DNA of 64,000 bases, taken from Candidatus Omnitrophota bacterium (lineage in GTDB: Bacteria; Omnitrophota; Gorgyraeia; Gorgyraeales; Gorgyraeaceae). The position numbers and the translations under genes are program-made. This document shows positions 48,646 through 58,199 of this stretch, piece after piece (position 1 is the stretch's first letter; each line of letters begins with the position of its first letter). The stretch is taken from contig JAPLMD010000069.1 of NCBI GenBank assembly GCA_026387235.1, positions 26,920-90,919 of the forward strand. Direction: 5' to 3'. A model generated the notes under the pieces. The model saw only the letters and a program-made list of their open reading frames with translations, ran no database searches and was not told the DNA's origin.

Positions 48646-50622
48646 ATGAAAACGTTTTCTATTTCTAAAAAATTAAATACCTTACTTAATGCGCATGGGG
48701 ATAAGGCCATGGCTGACAGGTTCCTGAAAGGCGGGTACAGGCAGGATGGCTATGGTGTGCCTAGTGGGTCTGCAATAAATGGTTCTTTTGCTTTTGAAGG
48801 TGAGCAGGGATATTATACTGAAGACGGAAAAAAGGCTTTTCTTGGGACTGTTAAAAGCATGAGAGATTTTTTTGAAAGGCGTAAACCTATAAAACTGGTT
48901 ATTAAATTAGGCATAGGCGGGCAGCATACACCATTTCAAGGCATAGCTGATATCTTTGGCGCGCAGAAAGGCGTAAAGATTTCTGGAGAATATGAGCTTG
49001 GCAAAGATTATGAAGAATTTATAGTTAAGACTTTAAAAGAACTTAAAGCAGGCTGGGATGAAGTGGCAGTGATACCAAGCTCAAAATCAGGCTCAACTGA
49101 TGAAACAATGATGGTTTTTGTGGATATATTTTATGTTCTATTAAAATATCAAGCTATAAAGATGGGTCTTGACGGAGAAAAATTTGCGAAATTGGTTTTA
49201 GATACGCTTCATGAGATTAATTTTATAAATAGAAAAGAAAGACCAGGGAAAGAGCTTTTTACATCAGATGTGGGTATTATGAAACGCATATCTGAAAAAG
49301 TTGATATTTCAAGCAAGAAGATAAATGATATATTCGCCAAGGTTCTTGGGAATATGTTTTTTGAGACTACAGACAGGGCGGAACAGAGCAGGCTTTCAGC
49401 TTTTATCAGGAATTCAGGCCTGGATAAGGAACTTGGAGATGATGCGCCTGGTTTCGGAGCGATGTTTGATAATGTAGGGGGTAGGTGGACAGCAGATCTT
49501 CATATGATGACATTCCTGGCTTACCTTGGTCTTGATGCTGAAAAATACTGGAAGATACGTAAATATGGGATAAGTAAAGTCAGGGAAGGAAAACATCAGG
49601 CAAATAGTATTGCTAAAAAAATTGTAGATAATGAAATAACAGATATTGCACTTTTACTTCCTGACCAGTTTTTCTGGTTTGGGAAATCCATTGAGCAGAA
49701 TTTCAATGAAAGCATATGGCAGGAAGGTTTTGCGAACTTAATAGCAATAAGAGAGTCTCAGTGGAAGGCGCAAGAAAAATATTACAAGGGCAAGAAAAAG
49801 CTGATTATAAAAATATCAGATTTAAAAATTCCTGATTTTAAAAAGCTCAATAATCAGGAAAAAGCAAATGCCCTAGCAGAGCTTTTTACAACATTCTACG
49901 GCATTACTTCTATTGTTGGAAATTTATTGATTGAAAAGGCTCTCAGGAAAGCAGGATACAGCAAAAAAGATGTTGATTTAAATAATCTGGATAACCCGGC
50001 TACAAAGATAGTTCAGGAGAATCTATATCTTAGACAGCCTTATGTTGAACTAGGAAAAGGACTTTTAGAGGCAAGGCTAAAAGAACTTCAGGAAAAGGAA
50101 ACTAAAAAACCAGGTTCAATAGAAGAGGAATACAGGAGAATAGTAAAGCTTGCTGAATCAAAGAAGATGGAATCCAGTATCTCAGACATAGCTTCGTTTG
50201 AAAAGGCAATTGAATTTGCCATGAAAGACTCCAGGAAATTTGTCCCGTTTATTTATTTAGAAGGAGATAAATTTTATAATCTCAGGGATTATCTGATTTC
50301 AGAAGGCATTGAGTGGGTAATGCAGGGAACAGGAGACCAACATATAAGTTTTCAGCAGGTCCTGGCTCAGCCGCAAAAATACTTGCCGTTTATTATCTCA
50401 TTTATTCCCGAAAAACCATTGCCTGGCAGGCCTGCCATAGGTTTTGCTAAAGGTTATCTTCATAATATAAGCCCTAACATGGTGCGTGACTTTTTCGCAG
50501 AGGCATCATACAAGGCTTTAGTTTCACAGGGAGGAAAAGGGTTTTTTATAAGGTTAATTGATCACAAAGAAAATATCAGCATTATTAAAAAAGGAATATC
50601 AGATACCGCTAATGCAATCTAA
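48646..50622 (+). CDS. SIS-domain (phosphoglucose-isomerase-like) protein, 658 aa, no signal peptide
   Basis: LGIGGQHTP (48907-48933) and SSKSGSTDETM (~49080-49110), the paired SIS/PGI motifs GxGGS…SKSGxTxET. Hydrophilic N-terminus. Confidence 0.6.
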   Translation: MKTFSISKKLNTLLNAHGDKAMADRFLKGGYRQDGYGVPSGSAINGSFAFEGEQGYYTEDGKKAFLGTVKSMRDFFERRKPIKLVIKLGIGGQHTPFQGIADIFGAQKGVKISGEYELGKDYEEFIVKTLKELKAGWDEVAVIPSSKSGSTDETMMVFVDIFYVLLKYQAIKMGLDGEKFAKLVLDTLHEINFINRKERPGKELFTSDVGIMKRISEKVDISSKKINDIFAKVLGNMFFETTDRAEQSRLSAFIRNSGLDKELGDDAPGFGAMFDNVGGRWTADLHMMTFLAYLGLDAEKYWKIRKYGISKVREGKHQANSIAKKIVDNEITDIALLLPDQFFWFGKSIEQNFNESIWQEGFANLIAIRESQWKAQEKYYKGKKKLIIKISDLKIPDFKKLNNQEKANALAELFTTFYGITSIVGNLLIEKALRKAGYSKKDVDLNNLDNPATKIVQENLYLRQPYVELGKGLLEARLKELQEKETKKPGSIEEEYRRIVKLAESKKMESSISDIASFEKAIEFAMKDSRKFVPFIYLEGDKFYNLRDYLISEGIEWVMQGTGDQHISFQQVLAQPQKYLPFIISFIPEKPLPGRPAIGFAKGYLHNISPNMVRDFFAEASYKALVSQGGKGFFIRLIDHKENISIIKKGISDTANAI

Positions 50623-53254
50623 AAAGGTTTACAGGGCAATATCTTTCTTAAGTATTGCAGCGTTTATTGTTACTAATACTTGTTATGCATTTTCAGGTTC
50701 AGGCGCATTAAGGCCGGCTATGGTAATGGGAAAATTGATACAACCATCTGCCGTTAAATTCCAGCCGCTCGGGATGCTTACCGATGATGGCAGATTGAAT
50801 ATGCGCAGGCTTGAAAAATTGCTTGGTGCCACTGCGACTGAAATAATAAGAAAAGACGCGGGCAATAAAGACATAACAGTAAATTGTATTTTTATAGGCA
50901 GTGCCAGGTATCTTTCTGACAACGAAGGCTTTGTTCCGTTGGGAAGGATAGGAGATATAGATTATGCATTAGTGGCTACTAAACTAGAAGATGCAGCATA
51001 TGACTATTCTAAACTGTGGTATAAGACATTGATGGAAGTAATAAAACTGTTATCGCCAAGTGAAGATAAAAGATATGAAGTATTACATCGGGCATTATCT
51101 GGTGCAAAACCAATTGTACTATTTCAAGATGAATTTGATTTTACCAAAGGCATGTCGGAAGTTTTAAAAAGAATTACAGGTGAAACCGAAGAACTGTCGC
51201 TAACACCAGACAATGCTGAAAAAATAGCAAAACGATATATTCAATTGGCATATTATTTAGGCTCTTCAAAATTACATGAAAGGCTCATTGGGGATTTTCT
51301 AGCAGTAGACAAGGACGATAAAGATGGTTTAGTCAAATTGGCGCAGAAATTTCGAGAAGATGGTGAGATACAAAGGCTTGTGGATTTTCTTAATTCTTCC
51401 AAGGATGAAATATTATCAGCTGCAATAGAGAATAGATTAAGGGGGATTCCGGGCTATGAATGGCTTAATAGTAGCATAGACCGAACTGGTTATCAGAGAA
51501 GGTTAGAAGAAGCAGGGTTTTCTTTTGCCAGAAAAGAAGCTCAGAAAGAACCTAAGAGGGTAATAGTTTTTGACTTAGACGGCACTGTTCTCGATACTGA
51601 AGAAATCACTTTGGCGGTTTTTATCCGCCATATAACGCGGATAGTAAATGGCATAGATGATATTAATTGGTCTCCTAACCCTAAACAGGTTGAGGAAGCA
51701 CAAAATATCTACAAACAATGTGTGGCTATCTCGACTGTACCGGCAAGAAAAATCTTTGAAACAGCAGAAGGGATTGCTAAAGATAGAGGTTTTTCTGTCA
51801 AATCTGTGAAAGAATATATAGAAGCTTTTGATAGAGATAAAAGAGAGACGATAATTGCGGAAATAAAAAAATCCCCAACCAAGCTTATCTTTCCAGACGC
51901 CTTGATTTTGCTGAATTTTCTTAAAAAATATACGGATGTAGAACTCTATCTTTGTTCCGGGGCAGCGCCTGTCTATACACAAGAGGCTTGTAAGGAGGCA
52001 GGCCTTGTAGCTATATTCGGCAATAATATATTCGGTTCTCGTAGGGATGAATCGCCAGAAATGCCTAAAGATAAAAAGGATTTAATCCGGAGATTGAAAA
52101 CAGAAAAAAATTTATCTAACGCAGAAATAATGCTTATTGATGATTTAAAAGGGTTTATAGTTCGTATAAAAGAAGGAAATGATGCAATAGCTGTTGCAAT
52201 AGATAGAGGAAATACAAAACTACAGGAATTTATAGATTCAGGCGCTGATTTTATTGCAAACAGCCTGGCCAATCCTGAAGGTTTCTGCAAAGTAGTAAAT
52301 ATTCCAATATCCTTACAAGCGAAAAAAGCGGCTATCGTTAGTAATATAAAGGGTATGATTGAAAGAGACAGGTTAGAATATGAAGAAACAGGCCATATAT
52401 CTTTACTTCTTCTTAAAGGAGGAGAGGAAGAAGGGGGTTGCCAGGCTGAACTTAGGTCTGAGACGGTGGAGCGGTTAAAAAAACATTGGTTGCTTGTTTC
52501 TTGTCCGATTAGAAAAATTGGTGAAGCAGGAGCTTTAGTCAAATGGGGTATGTCTGGACTGCAATATCCTTTAAAAATTATGGAAACAAAGCCTTTAATA
52601 TTTACCAAAGAGTTTATAGATATTGCAAGAGGAATGATTATGAATAGAGATTTTACAGGGCTTAAAGCATGGATAGCGGAAGCAGAAGGTTTAGATCCTA
52701 CCGACGTAGGCCATAAAGCCCTGTCCCGCGCTTTGGACTACTTAAGCAAAGAAGTACAGCAGATGTTGCTTTATAGAATAAGCAGCAGAGATGCGGCAAT
52801 GCTGGAATTTGTTAGGGGTGAAAATGGCGAAGAATTGCCGCTAGTCCAAGCAGAACAAAAAGCCCGGAATTTATTAAATGGAAGGGACCCTTATAAAGTT
52901 GATGAACAGGACTTTTTTAAAGCAATTGTGGTAGGGGCTACGAATCCGCTTCATGCGCATCCTGGCAGTTTAAGGTATAGCGTGGGTGAACGCTACAAGG
53001 AAGGTGGTAGTTTAAGGCCAGCTATTGAAAGGTCCAGAGCCGAATTTGGCATAGAAGATATTGAGCTTCTAACCAGTATTATGAACGCTTTTCATTCTCC
53101 CAGCAGTAATGAAATGCCTGATGAGTTAAACCAAATGACAACCCAGGAGCTGGAAATTTTAGAGAGGGGAACAGCTCTATTGCAAGAACAAAGGATTTTA
53201 GGTGTTTTTGGGCCTTTAGAGACGGTTTCAGAAGAAGCAAGATTTGGAATGTAG
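50612..53254 (+). CDS. Secreted multidomain protein (~880 aa): signal peptide, unknown region, HAD-superfamily (DxDGT) domain, C-module shared with giant gene 1
   Basis: Signal peptide MQSKKVYRAISFLSIAAFIVTNTCYAFS. HAD motif I VIVFDLDGTVLDTEE (51569-51610). C-module (~52500-53254) alignable with gene 1 ~34480-35200: …RKIGEAGALVKWGMSGLQ…GLKAWIAEAEGLDP…ALDYLSKE…GENGEELPL…KARNLLNGRDPYKVDEQDF…. The ORF-track start at 50558 overlaps gene 5 by 65 nt; the in-frame ATG at 50612 gives an 11-nt overlap. Confidence 0.75.
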   Translation: MQSKKVYRAISFLSIAAFIVTNTCYAFSGSGALRPAMVMGKLIQPSAVKFQPLGMLTDDGRLNMRRLEKLLGATATEIIRKDAGNKDITVNCIFIGSARYLSDNEGFVPLGRIGDIDYALVATKLEDAAYDYSKLWYKTLMEVIKLLSPSEDKRYEVLHRALSGAKPIVLFQDEFDFTKGMSEVLKRITGETEELSLTPDNAEKIAKRYIQLAYYLGSSKLHERLIGDFLAVDKDDKDGLVKLAQKFREDGEIQRLVDFLNSSKDEILSAAIENRLRGIPGYEWLNSSIDRTGYQRRLEEAGFSFARKEAQKEPKRVIVFDLDGTVLDTEEITLAVFIRHITRIVNGIDDINWSPNPKQVEEAQNIYKQCVAISTVPARKIFETAEGIAKDRGFSVKSVKEYIEAFDRDKRETIIAEIKKSPTKLIFPDALILLNFLKKYTDVELYLCSGAAPVYTQEACKEAGLVAIFGNNIFGSRRDESPEMPKDKKDLIRRLKTEKNLSNAEIMLIDDLKGFIVRIKEGNDAIAVAIDRGNTKLQEFIDSGADFIANSLANPEGFCKVVNIPISLQAKKAAIVSNIKGMIERDRLEYEETGHISLLLLKGGEEEGGCQAELRSETVERLKKHWLLVSCPIRKIGEAGALVKWGMSGLQYPLKIMETKPLIFTKEFIDIARGMIMNRDFTGLKAWIAEAEGLDPTDVGHKALSRALDYLSKEVQQMLLYRISSRDAAMLEFVRGENGEELPLVQAEQKARNLLNGRDPYKVDEQDFFKAIVVGATNPLHAHPGSLRYSVGERYKEGGSLRPAIERSRAEFGIEDIELLTSIMNAFHSPSSNEMPDELNQMTTQELEILERGTALLQEQRILGVFGPLETVSEEARFGM

Positions 53255-53290
53255 CGCAAGTAACCCAGAAACAATGATGGGCTTAGTATC

Positions 53291-53340
53291 AAGAAAATTC
53301 TAGAATTTTCTTGACACGCTTCCATAGGATGTAGTATATT
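53291..53340 (+). promoter_or_regulatory. Promoter for rimP-nusA-infB with an overlapping perfect 22-bp palindrome (candidate operator)
   Basis: Palindrome AAGAAAATTCTAGAATTTTCTT (53291-53312) overlaps TTGACA (53311-53316). 18-nt spacer, then TATATT (53335-53340). Confidence 0.5.
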
Positions 53341-53407
53341 ATATCTACTCTTATGAAAGGGGGTAGGTTAGTTGAAGTGGGTGCAGTATGCCCGCTTTTT
53401 TTGTTTT

Positions 53408-53857
53408 ATGGTAGATAAAATCAAGGAAATAATAGAGCCGATTTTACAAGGAGAGCAGGTTGAGCTCGTAGAGATTATTTTCAGGAAAGAAGCTGGGAGA
53501 CAGGTTTTACGGCTGTTGGTTGATAAAGATGACGGGATTCAACTTTCAGATTGCATAGAACTAAACGAGAAAATATCTTGGGTTTTAGATGCGGCAGATA
53601 TTATACAAGAAAGTTATGTTATTGAAGTGGATTCACCTGGGATTGACAGGCCGTTTAAAACAAAAAGGGATTATGAGAGGGCTATGGGGAGGTTAGTAAG
53701 GGTAACATTAAACGAAAAGATATTGGACAAAAAGGAATATATTGCTAGATTAGGAGAAGTATCTGACGCAGGCGTTAAGATAGACGTGAAGAAAAAAGGT
53801 ATTATAGAGATACCTTTTGAGAAAATCGTGCGGGCAAGAGAAGAAGTTGAATTATAA
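53408..53857 (+). CDS. rimP: Ribosome maturation factor RimP
   Basis: MVDKIKEIIEPILQGEQVELVEIIF…VDSPGIDRP aligns with the E. coli RimP N-terminus. An upstream in-frame TTG (53372), preceded by AAAGGGGG, is an alternative start. Confidence 0.85.
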   Translation: MVDKIKEIIEPILQGEQVELVEIIFRKEAGRQVLRLLVDKDDGIQLSDCIELNEKISWVLDAADIIQESYVIEVDSPGIDRPFKTKRDYERAMGRLVRVTLNEKILDKKEYIARLGEVSDAGVKIDVKKKGIIEIPFEKIVRAREEVEL

Positions 53858-53872
53858 TAACGGGGGAAAGAA

Positions 53873-55132
53873 ATGAATCAGGAATTATTGGCAATATTGG
53901 ATAGTATCGAACGGGATAAAGGGATTAAGAAAGAGATTCTTGTAAAGGCAATAGAATCAGCTCTTGTAAGCGCTGCCAGGAAGAACCTTGGCAAGCACGT
54001 CGAAGATATAAAGGTTGAATTTGATTCTACAACGGGAGATTTTAAGGTTTTTGCGGCAGGCGGGAAAGAAGTTTCCGGAGATTTTGGCAGGATCTCCGCG
54101 CAGACAGCCAAGCAGGTTATAATACAGAAGATACGCGAAGCTGAGAGGGATGTGCTGTTTGAAGAATATAAGAAAAAGGTAAATGATATATGTTCAGGCA
54201 GTGTTCATAGATTTGATAAAGGGATGATAATCATCGACCTTGGCAAAGTGGAAGGGATCTTGCCAAAAAGAGAACTTCCTTCTAACGAAGAATACAGACA
54301 GGGCGATAGGATTAAGGCATTAGTTGTAGATGTTAAAAAGTCTTCGAAAGGGCCTGAGATATTGCTTTCCAGGACAAGCCCGGGTTTTGTAAAGAGGCTT
54401 TTTGAATTAGAGGTGCCCGAGATATATGAAAGTATCGTAGAGATAAAAGTCGTATCAAGAGAAGCGGGAGACCGTTCAAAGATAGCCGTGTATTCTAAAG
54501 ATGATAAGGTTGATCCTGTAGGCGCTTGTGTAGGTATGAGAGGGCAGAGAGTTAAAAATATTGTAAGAGAATTAAACGGGGAAAAAATAGATATTGTGCG
54601 CTGGAGTGTCAATATAGGCGAATTTATATCAGCCAGCCTGAGCCCTGCTGAGATTTCCAGCGTAAAAACAAGCGAAAGCGAGAGAAGGGCAGAGGTCATA
54701 GTCGCGGATGACCAGCTTTCTCTTGCGATAGGCAAAAAGGGCCAGAATGTAAGGCTTGCTGCAAAACTTACAGGATGGAATATAGACATAAGAAGCAAAT
54801 CAGAGATAGAGGAAGTAAAAGAAATCCCGATAATAGGGGTTGATGGGATTGGGCCTAAGACTGAAAAAGAGCTTAAAAAAGCAGGGTATGATACGGTTGG
54901 GAAAATTATGAAACTGGACCTGAAAGAATTGACTGCTGTTAAGGGCATCGGCAAGAAAACAGCTGAAAAGATTCTTAAATCAGCCAAAGAGCTCATGGAA
55001 CAAAAGGTGCACGAGGTAAGGGATAAGAAGAATAAAGAAAATAGAGAAGCCAAGGCTGAGAAAGAGCGAGAGGCAGCTGCGGAAGAAGATAAAAAAGGAA
55101 AAGAGAAAGAACATGCAAAGGATGGAGAATGA
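53873..55132 (+). CDS. nusA: Transcription termination/antitermination factor NusA
   Basis: N-terminal domain MNQELLAILDSIERDKGI. S1, KH (GxxG: AIGKKGQNVRLA) and C-terminal HhH region. 419 aa. Confidence 0.95.
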   Translation: MNQELLAILDSIERDKGIKKEILVKAIESALVSAARKNLGKHVEDIKVEFDSTTGDFKVFAAGGKEVSGDFGRISAQTAKQVIIQKIREAERDVLFEEYKKKVNDICSGSVHRFDKGMIIIDLGKVEGILPKRELPSNEEYRQGDRIKALVVDVKKSSKGPEILLSRTSPGFVKRLFELEVPEIYESIVEIKVVSREAGDRSKIAVYSKDDKVDPVGACVGMRGQRVKNIVRELNGEKIDIVRWSVNIGEFISASLSPAEISSVKTSESERRAEVIVADDQLSLAIGKKGQNVRLAAKLTGWNIDIRSKSEIEEVKEIPIIGVDGIGPKTEKELKKAGYDTVGKIMKLDLKELTAVKGIGKKTAEKILKSAKELMEQKVHEVRDKKNKENREAKAEKEREAAAEEDKKGKEKEHAKDGE

Positions 55133-57222
55133 GCATACGCGTTCATCAGTTAGCAAAGGAACTAGGGGTTACAAGCAAAGAGCTTATAGATAAGCTTCAT
55201 AGCCTTAAGATAGACGTTAAAAGCCACATGAGCGCTCTTGATGACGATACAGCGTTCCTTGTAAAAGAAGAATTAAAACCTAAGAAAGAAAAAACAAAAG
55301 CGAAAGAAAAGGTACCTGCGCGCCAGAGCACTGGAACGCCGATAAAAGAAAAGGCGCCAAAAAAGATAAAAGAGCCTGAAAAGACAAAAGAACCTGAGGC
55401 AAAGGTTGAAGAAAAAAAACCAGAGGAAATAAAAGAAGAGCCGAAGCCTGCGCCGGAGCTTAAAGTTTTAAAAATAGATTTTCCGATAGTTATCAAAGAC
55501 ATTGCCATAAAATTGGGCGTAAGACCGGCAGAACTCCTGAAAAAACTTCTGGATAGAAAAGTGCTTGTTACCATAAACCAGGCGCTTGACGAGGAAGCTG
55601 CGCGTTCGATCTGCAAAGATTTCGGATATACGATTGAAAAACTCCCTAGTTTCGAGGAAACTTTTTTAGCGGAGCTTGATAAAACAGCAGATCCTAAAAA
55701 ACTTAAACCAAGGGCGCCTGTTGTTACATTTATGGGTCATGTTGACCACGGAAAAACGTCCCTTCTTGACGCCATTAGAAAAACAAAAGTTGTCGATAAA
55801 GAAGCAGGCGGGATTACTCAGCATATAGGCGCATACGAGGTAATGCTGCCTAAAGGCAGCGTAACGTTTCTGGATACGCCCGGCCACGCCGCGTTTACCG
55901 CAATGCGCGCAAGAGGCGCAAATGCTACTGATATAGTTGTCCTTGTAGTTGCCGCTGATGACGGCATAATGCCGCAAACTATAGAGGCCATAAACCATGC
56001 TCGCGCCGCAGGCGTTACGATAGTAGTGGCGATAAATAAAATTGACAAACAGAACATAAATTTAGACAAGGTTAAAAAACAATTAGCGGAGCAAGACCTT
56101 ACTCCCGAAGAATGGGGAGGAAAGACTATTACGGTAGGTGTTTCCGCAAAAACAGGCCAGGGCATCGATGTCTTATTGGAGATGCTGCTTCTTGAAGCGG
56201 AATTATTGGAATTAAAAGCAAACCCAGAACAATCTGCCGTAGGGGTAGTAATAGAAGCAGAGCTTTCCAAAGGAAAGGGACCTATCGCTACTGTGCTTGT
56301 GTCAAACGGCACTTTAAAAATAGGCGATACAGTTATGGTAGGCCTTAATTACGGCAGGATAAAGGCAATGCTGGATGATAAAGGCCGCAGGGTTATATCA
56401 GCAGGGCCGGTAAAGCCCGTAGAAATACTTGGGCTTTCCGGAGTTCCGCTTGCAGGAGAAAGATTTTATGTAATAGCCGATGAAAAAAAAGCTAGGGATA
56501 TAGTATCTGCCAGGCAGATGGAAGCAGAAAAGAAAAAACTTGCCGGAAAAACCTCCAGGGTTACTCTCGAAGAGCTTTATAATAAGATAAAGGCCGGAGA
56601 GGTAAAGGAATTAAAGACAGTTATAAAAGCTGATGTGCAAGGGTCTCTGGAAGCGATAAAGGATTCTCTTAAAAAATTAAGCACAGAGGAAGTAAAACTT
56701 TCTGTAATGCATAGCCATGTAGGGGATATCAATGAATCTGATATAATGCTGGCTTCTGCTTCAAATGCCATAGTTATAGGGTTTCATGTCAATGCAACGA
56801 GCGAGGCAAGCGCCTTGGCTAAACAGGAAGAGGTAGAGATAAGGATTTACAGCATAATTTACGAAATAGTTAATGAGATACAGGCTGCCATGGAAGGCAT
56901 GCTGGAGCCTGTTATAGAAGAGGTTTTCCTGGGCAGGGCAGAAGTGAGGCAGGTTTTTAATGTCTCAAAGACAGGCGTAGTGGCAGGCTGTTTTATTTCA
57001 AAAGGCAGGATTCCGCGGGATGCGGTATGTAAACTTATAAGAGAAAAAGAAATTGTTTTTAAAGGCAAGATGGGTTCGCTAAAGCACTTTAAAGATGATT
57101 TGAAAGAGGCAAAAGAAGGGTTTGAGTGCGGGATAAACCTGGGATTTAAAGACATACAAAAAGGCGATTTGATAGAGGCGGTTGAAATTAGAAAAGTGGC
57201 AAGGAGATTAAACAAGCAATGA
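55129..57222 (+). CDS. infB: Translation initiation factor IF-2
   Basis: GTPase G1 GHVDHGKTSLLD, G3 DTPGH, G4 NKID. 697 aa. rimP-nusA-infB order. Confidence 0.95.
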   Translation: MSIRVHQLAKELGVTSKELIDKLHSLKIDVKSHMSALDDDTAFLVKEELKPKKEKTKAKEKVPARQSTGTPIKEKAPKKIKEPEKTKEPEAKVEEKKPEEIKEEPKPAPELKVLKIDFPIVIKDIAIKLGVRPAELLKKLLDRKVLVTINQALDEEAARSICKDFGYTIEKLPSFEETFLAELDKTADPKKLKPRAPVVTFMGHVDHGKTSLLDAIRKTKVVDKEAGGITQHIGAYEVMLPKGSVTFLDTPGHAAFTAMRARGANATDIVVLVVAADDGIMPQTIEAINHARAAGVTIVVAINKIDKQNINLDKVKKQLAEQDLTPEEWGGKTITVGVSAKTGQGIDVLLEMLLLEAELLELKANPEQSAVGVVIEAELSKGKGPIATVLVSNGTLKIGDTVMVGLNYGRIKAMLDDKGRRVISAGPVKPVEILGLSGVPLAGERFYVIADEKKARDIVSARQMEAEKKKLAGKTSRVTLEELYNKIKAGEVKELKTVIKADVQGSLEAIKDSLKKLSTEEVKLSVMHSHVGDINESDIMLASASNAIVIGFHVNATSEASALAKQEEVEIRIYSIIYEIVNEIQAAMEGMLEPVIEEVFLGRAEVRQVFNVSKTGVVAGCFISKGRIPRDAVCKLIREKEIVFKGKMGSLKHFKDDLKEAKEGFECGINLGFKDIQKGDLIEAVEIRKVARRLNKQ

Positions 57223-58199
57223 AAAGCCGTATATTAAGCGGAATGCGGCCGACAGGGCCGTTGCATCTGGGACATTTATTCGGCGCGCTCGATAACTGGG
57301 TAAAGCTCCAGGATAAATATGATTGTTTCTTCATGGTTGCGGACTGGCACGCAATGATGAGCGAGTACGAAGATCCGTCAAGGCTTTCCGGATTTGCTAA
57401 AGAGTGCGTCGCAGACTGGATAGCGTGCGGCATAGACCCTGAAAAAAGCACTGTATTTGTACAGTCTCACGTAAAAGAACACCTGGAATTATACATGGCG
57501 TTTTCTAATTTTGTTCCTCTCGGATGGCTTGAGAGATGCCCTACGTATAAAGAACAACTCAGAGAGATTAAAACAAGGGAGCTTCATACGTATGCCTTTC
57601 TCGGTTATCCTGTTTTGCAGGCAGCGGATATATTGATATATAAGGCAGATACGGTTCCAGTCGGTAAAGATCAGGTCCCGCATATTGAGCTTACGAATGA
57701 TATCGCGGAAAGATTCAACAGCCTGTACGGAGGCATATTTCCTTCGGTAAAGCCGCTTCTTACTAAAATCCCAAAGCTTCTTGGCATAGATGGCAGGAAA
57801 ATGAGCAAATCTTACGATAATTCTATTTCGCTTGGAGACAGCGAAGATGCGATAAAAAAGAAATGCTCTGCGATGTTTACGGACCCAGAGAGGATAAAAT
57901 TATCAGACAAGGGCCGTCCTGAAAAATGCAACGTTTACGCGTACTATAATTTATTTAAAAAAGAATACGCGCCAGAGGTTTATGAATACTGCGCGAAGGC
58001 AAAAACCGGATGCACGGAATGCAAAAAGAATTTAGGCAGCGTTATTTCTGATTATCTGGCTGATATAAGGCATAAAAGAGAAGGGCTTCTAAAAGACGAA
58101 GATAAGATTAATGCTATTCTGGAAAAAGGCGCGGCTAAGGCAGGAAAAGCAGCGTCTGAAACAATGGATGAGGTCAAGAAAGCAATAGGGTTGATTTAA
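57219..58199 (+). CDS. trpS: Tryptophanyl-tRNA synthetase
   Basis: HIGH-region variant TGPLHLGHL and KMSKS. 326 aa. Confidence 0.9.
   Translation: MKSRILSGMRPTGPLHLGHLFGALDNWVKLQDKYDCFFMVADWHAMMSEYEDPSRLSGFAKECVADWIACGIDPEKSTVFVQSHVKEHLELYMAFSNFVPLGWLERCPTYKEQLREIKTRELHTYAFLGYPVLQAADILIYKADTVPVGKDQVPHIELTNDIAERFNSLYGGIFPSVKPLLTKIPKLLGIDGRKMSKSYDNSISLGDSEDAIKKKCSAMFTDPERIKLSDKGRPEKCNVYAYYNLFKKEYAPEVYEYCAKAKTGCTECKKNLGSVISDYLADIRHKREGLLKDEDKINAILEKGAAKAGKAASETMDEVKKAIGLI

Noticed and set aside
51973-52608. 211-aa minus-strand ORF
   Set aside because: Antisense within gene 6, whose sense frame carries the HAD motif and the shared C-module.
54205-55146. 313-aa minus-strand ORF
   Set aside because: Antisense shadow ORF inside nusA. 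Repetitive S/L/F composition, no motifs.
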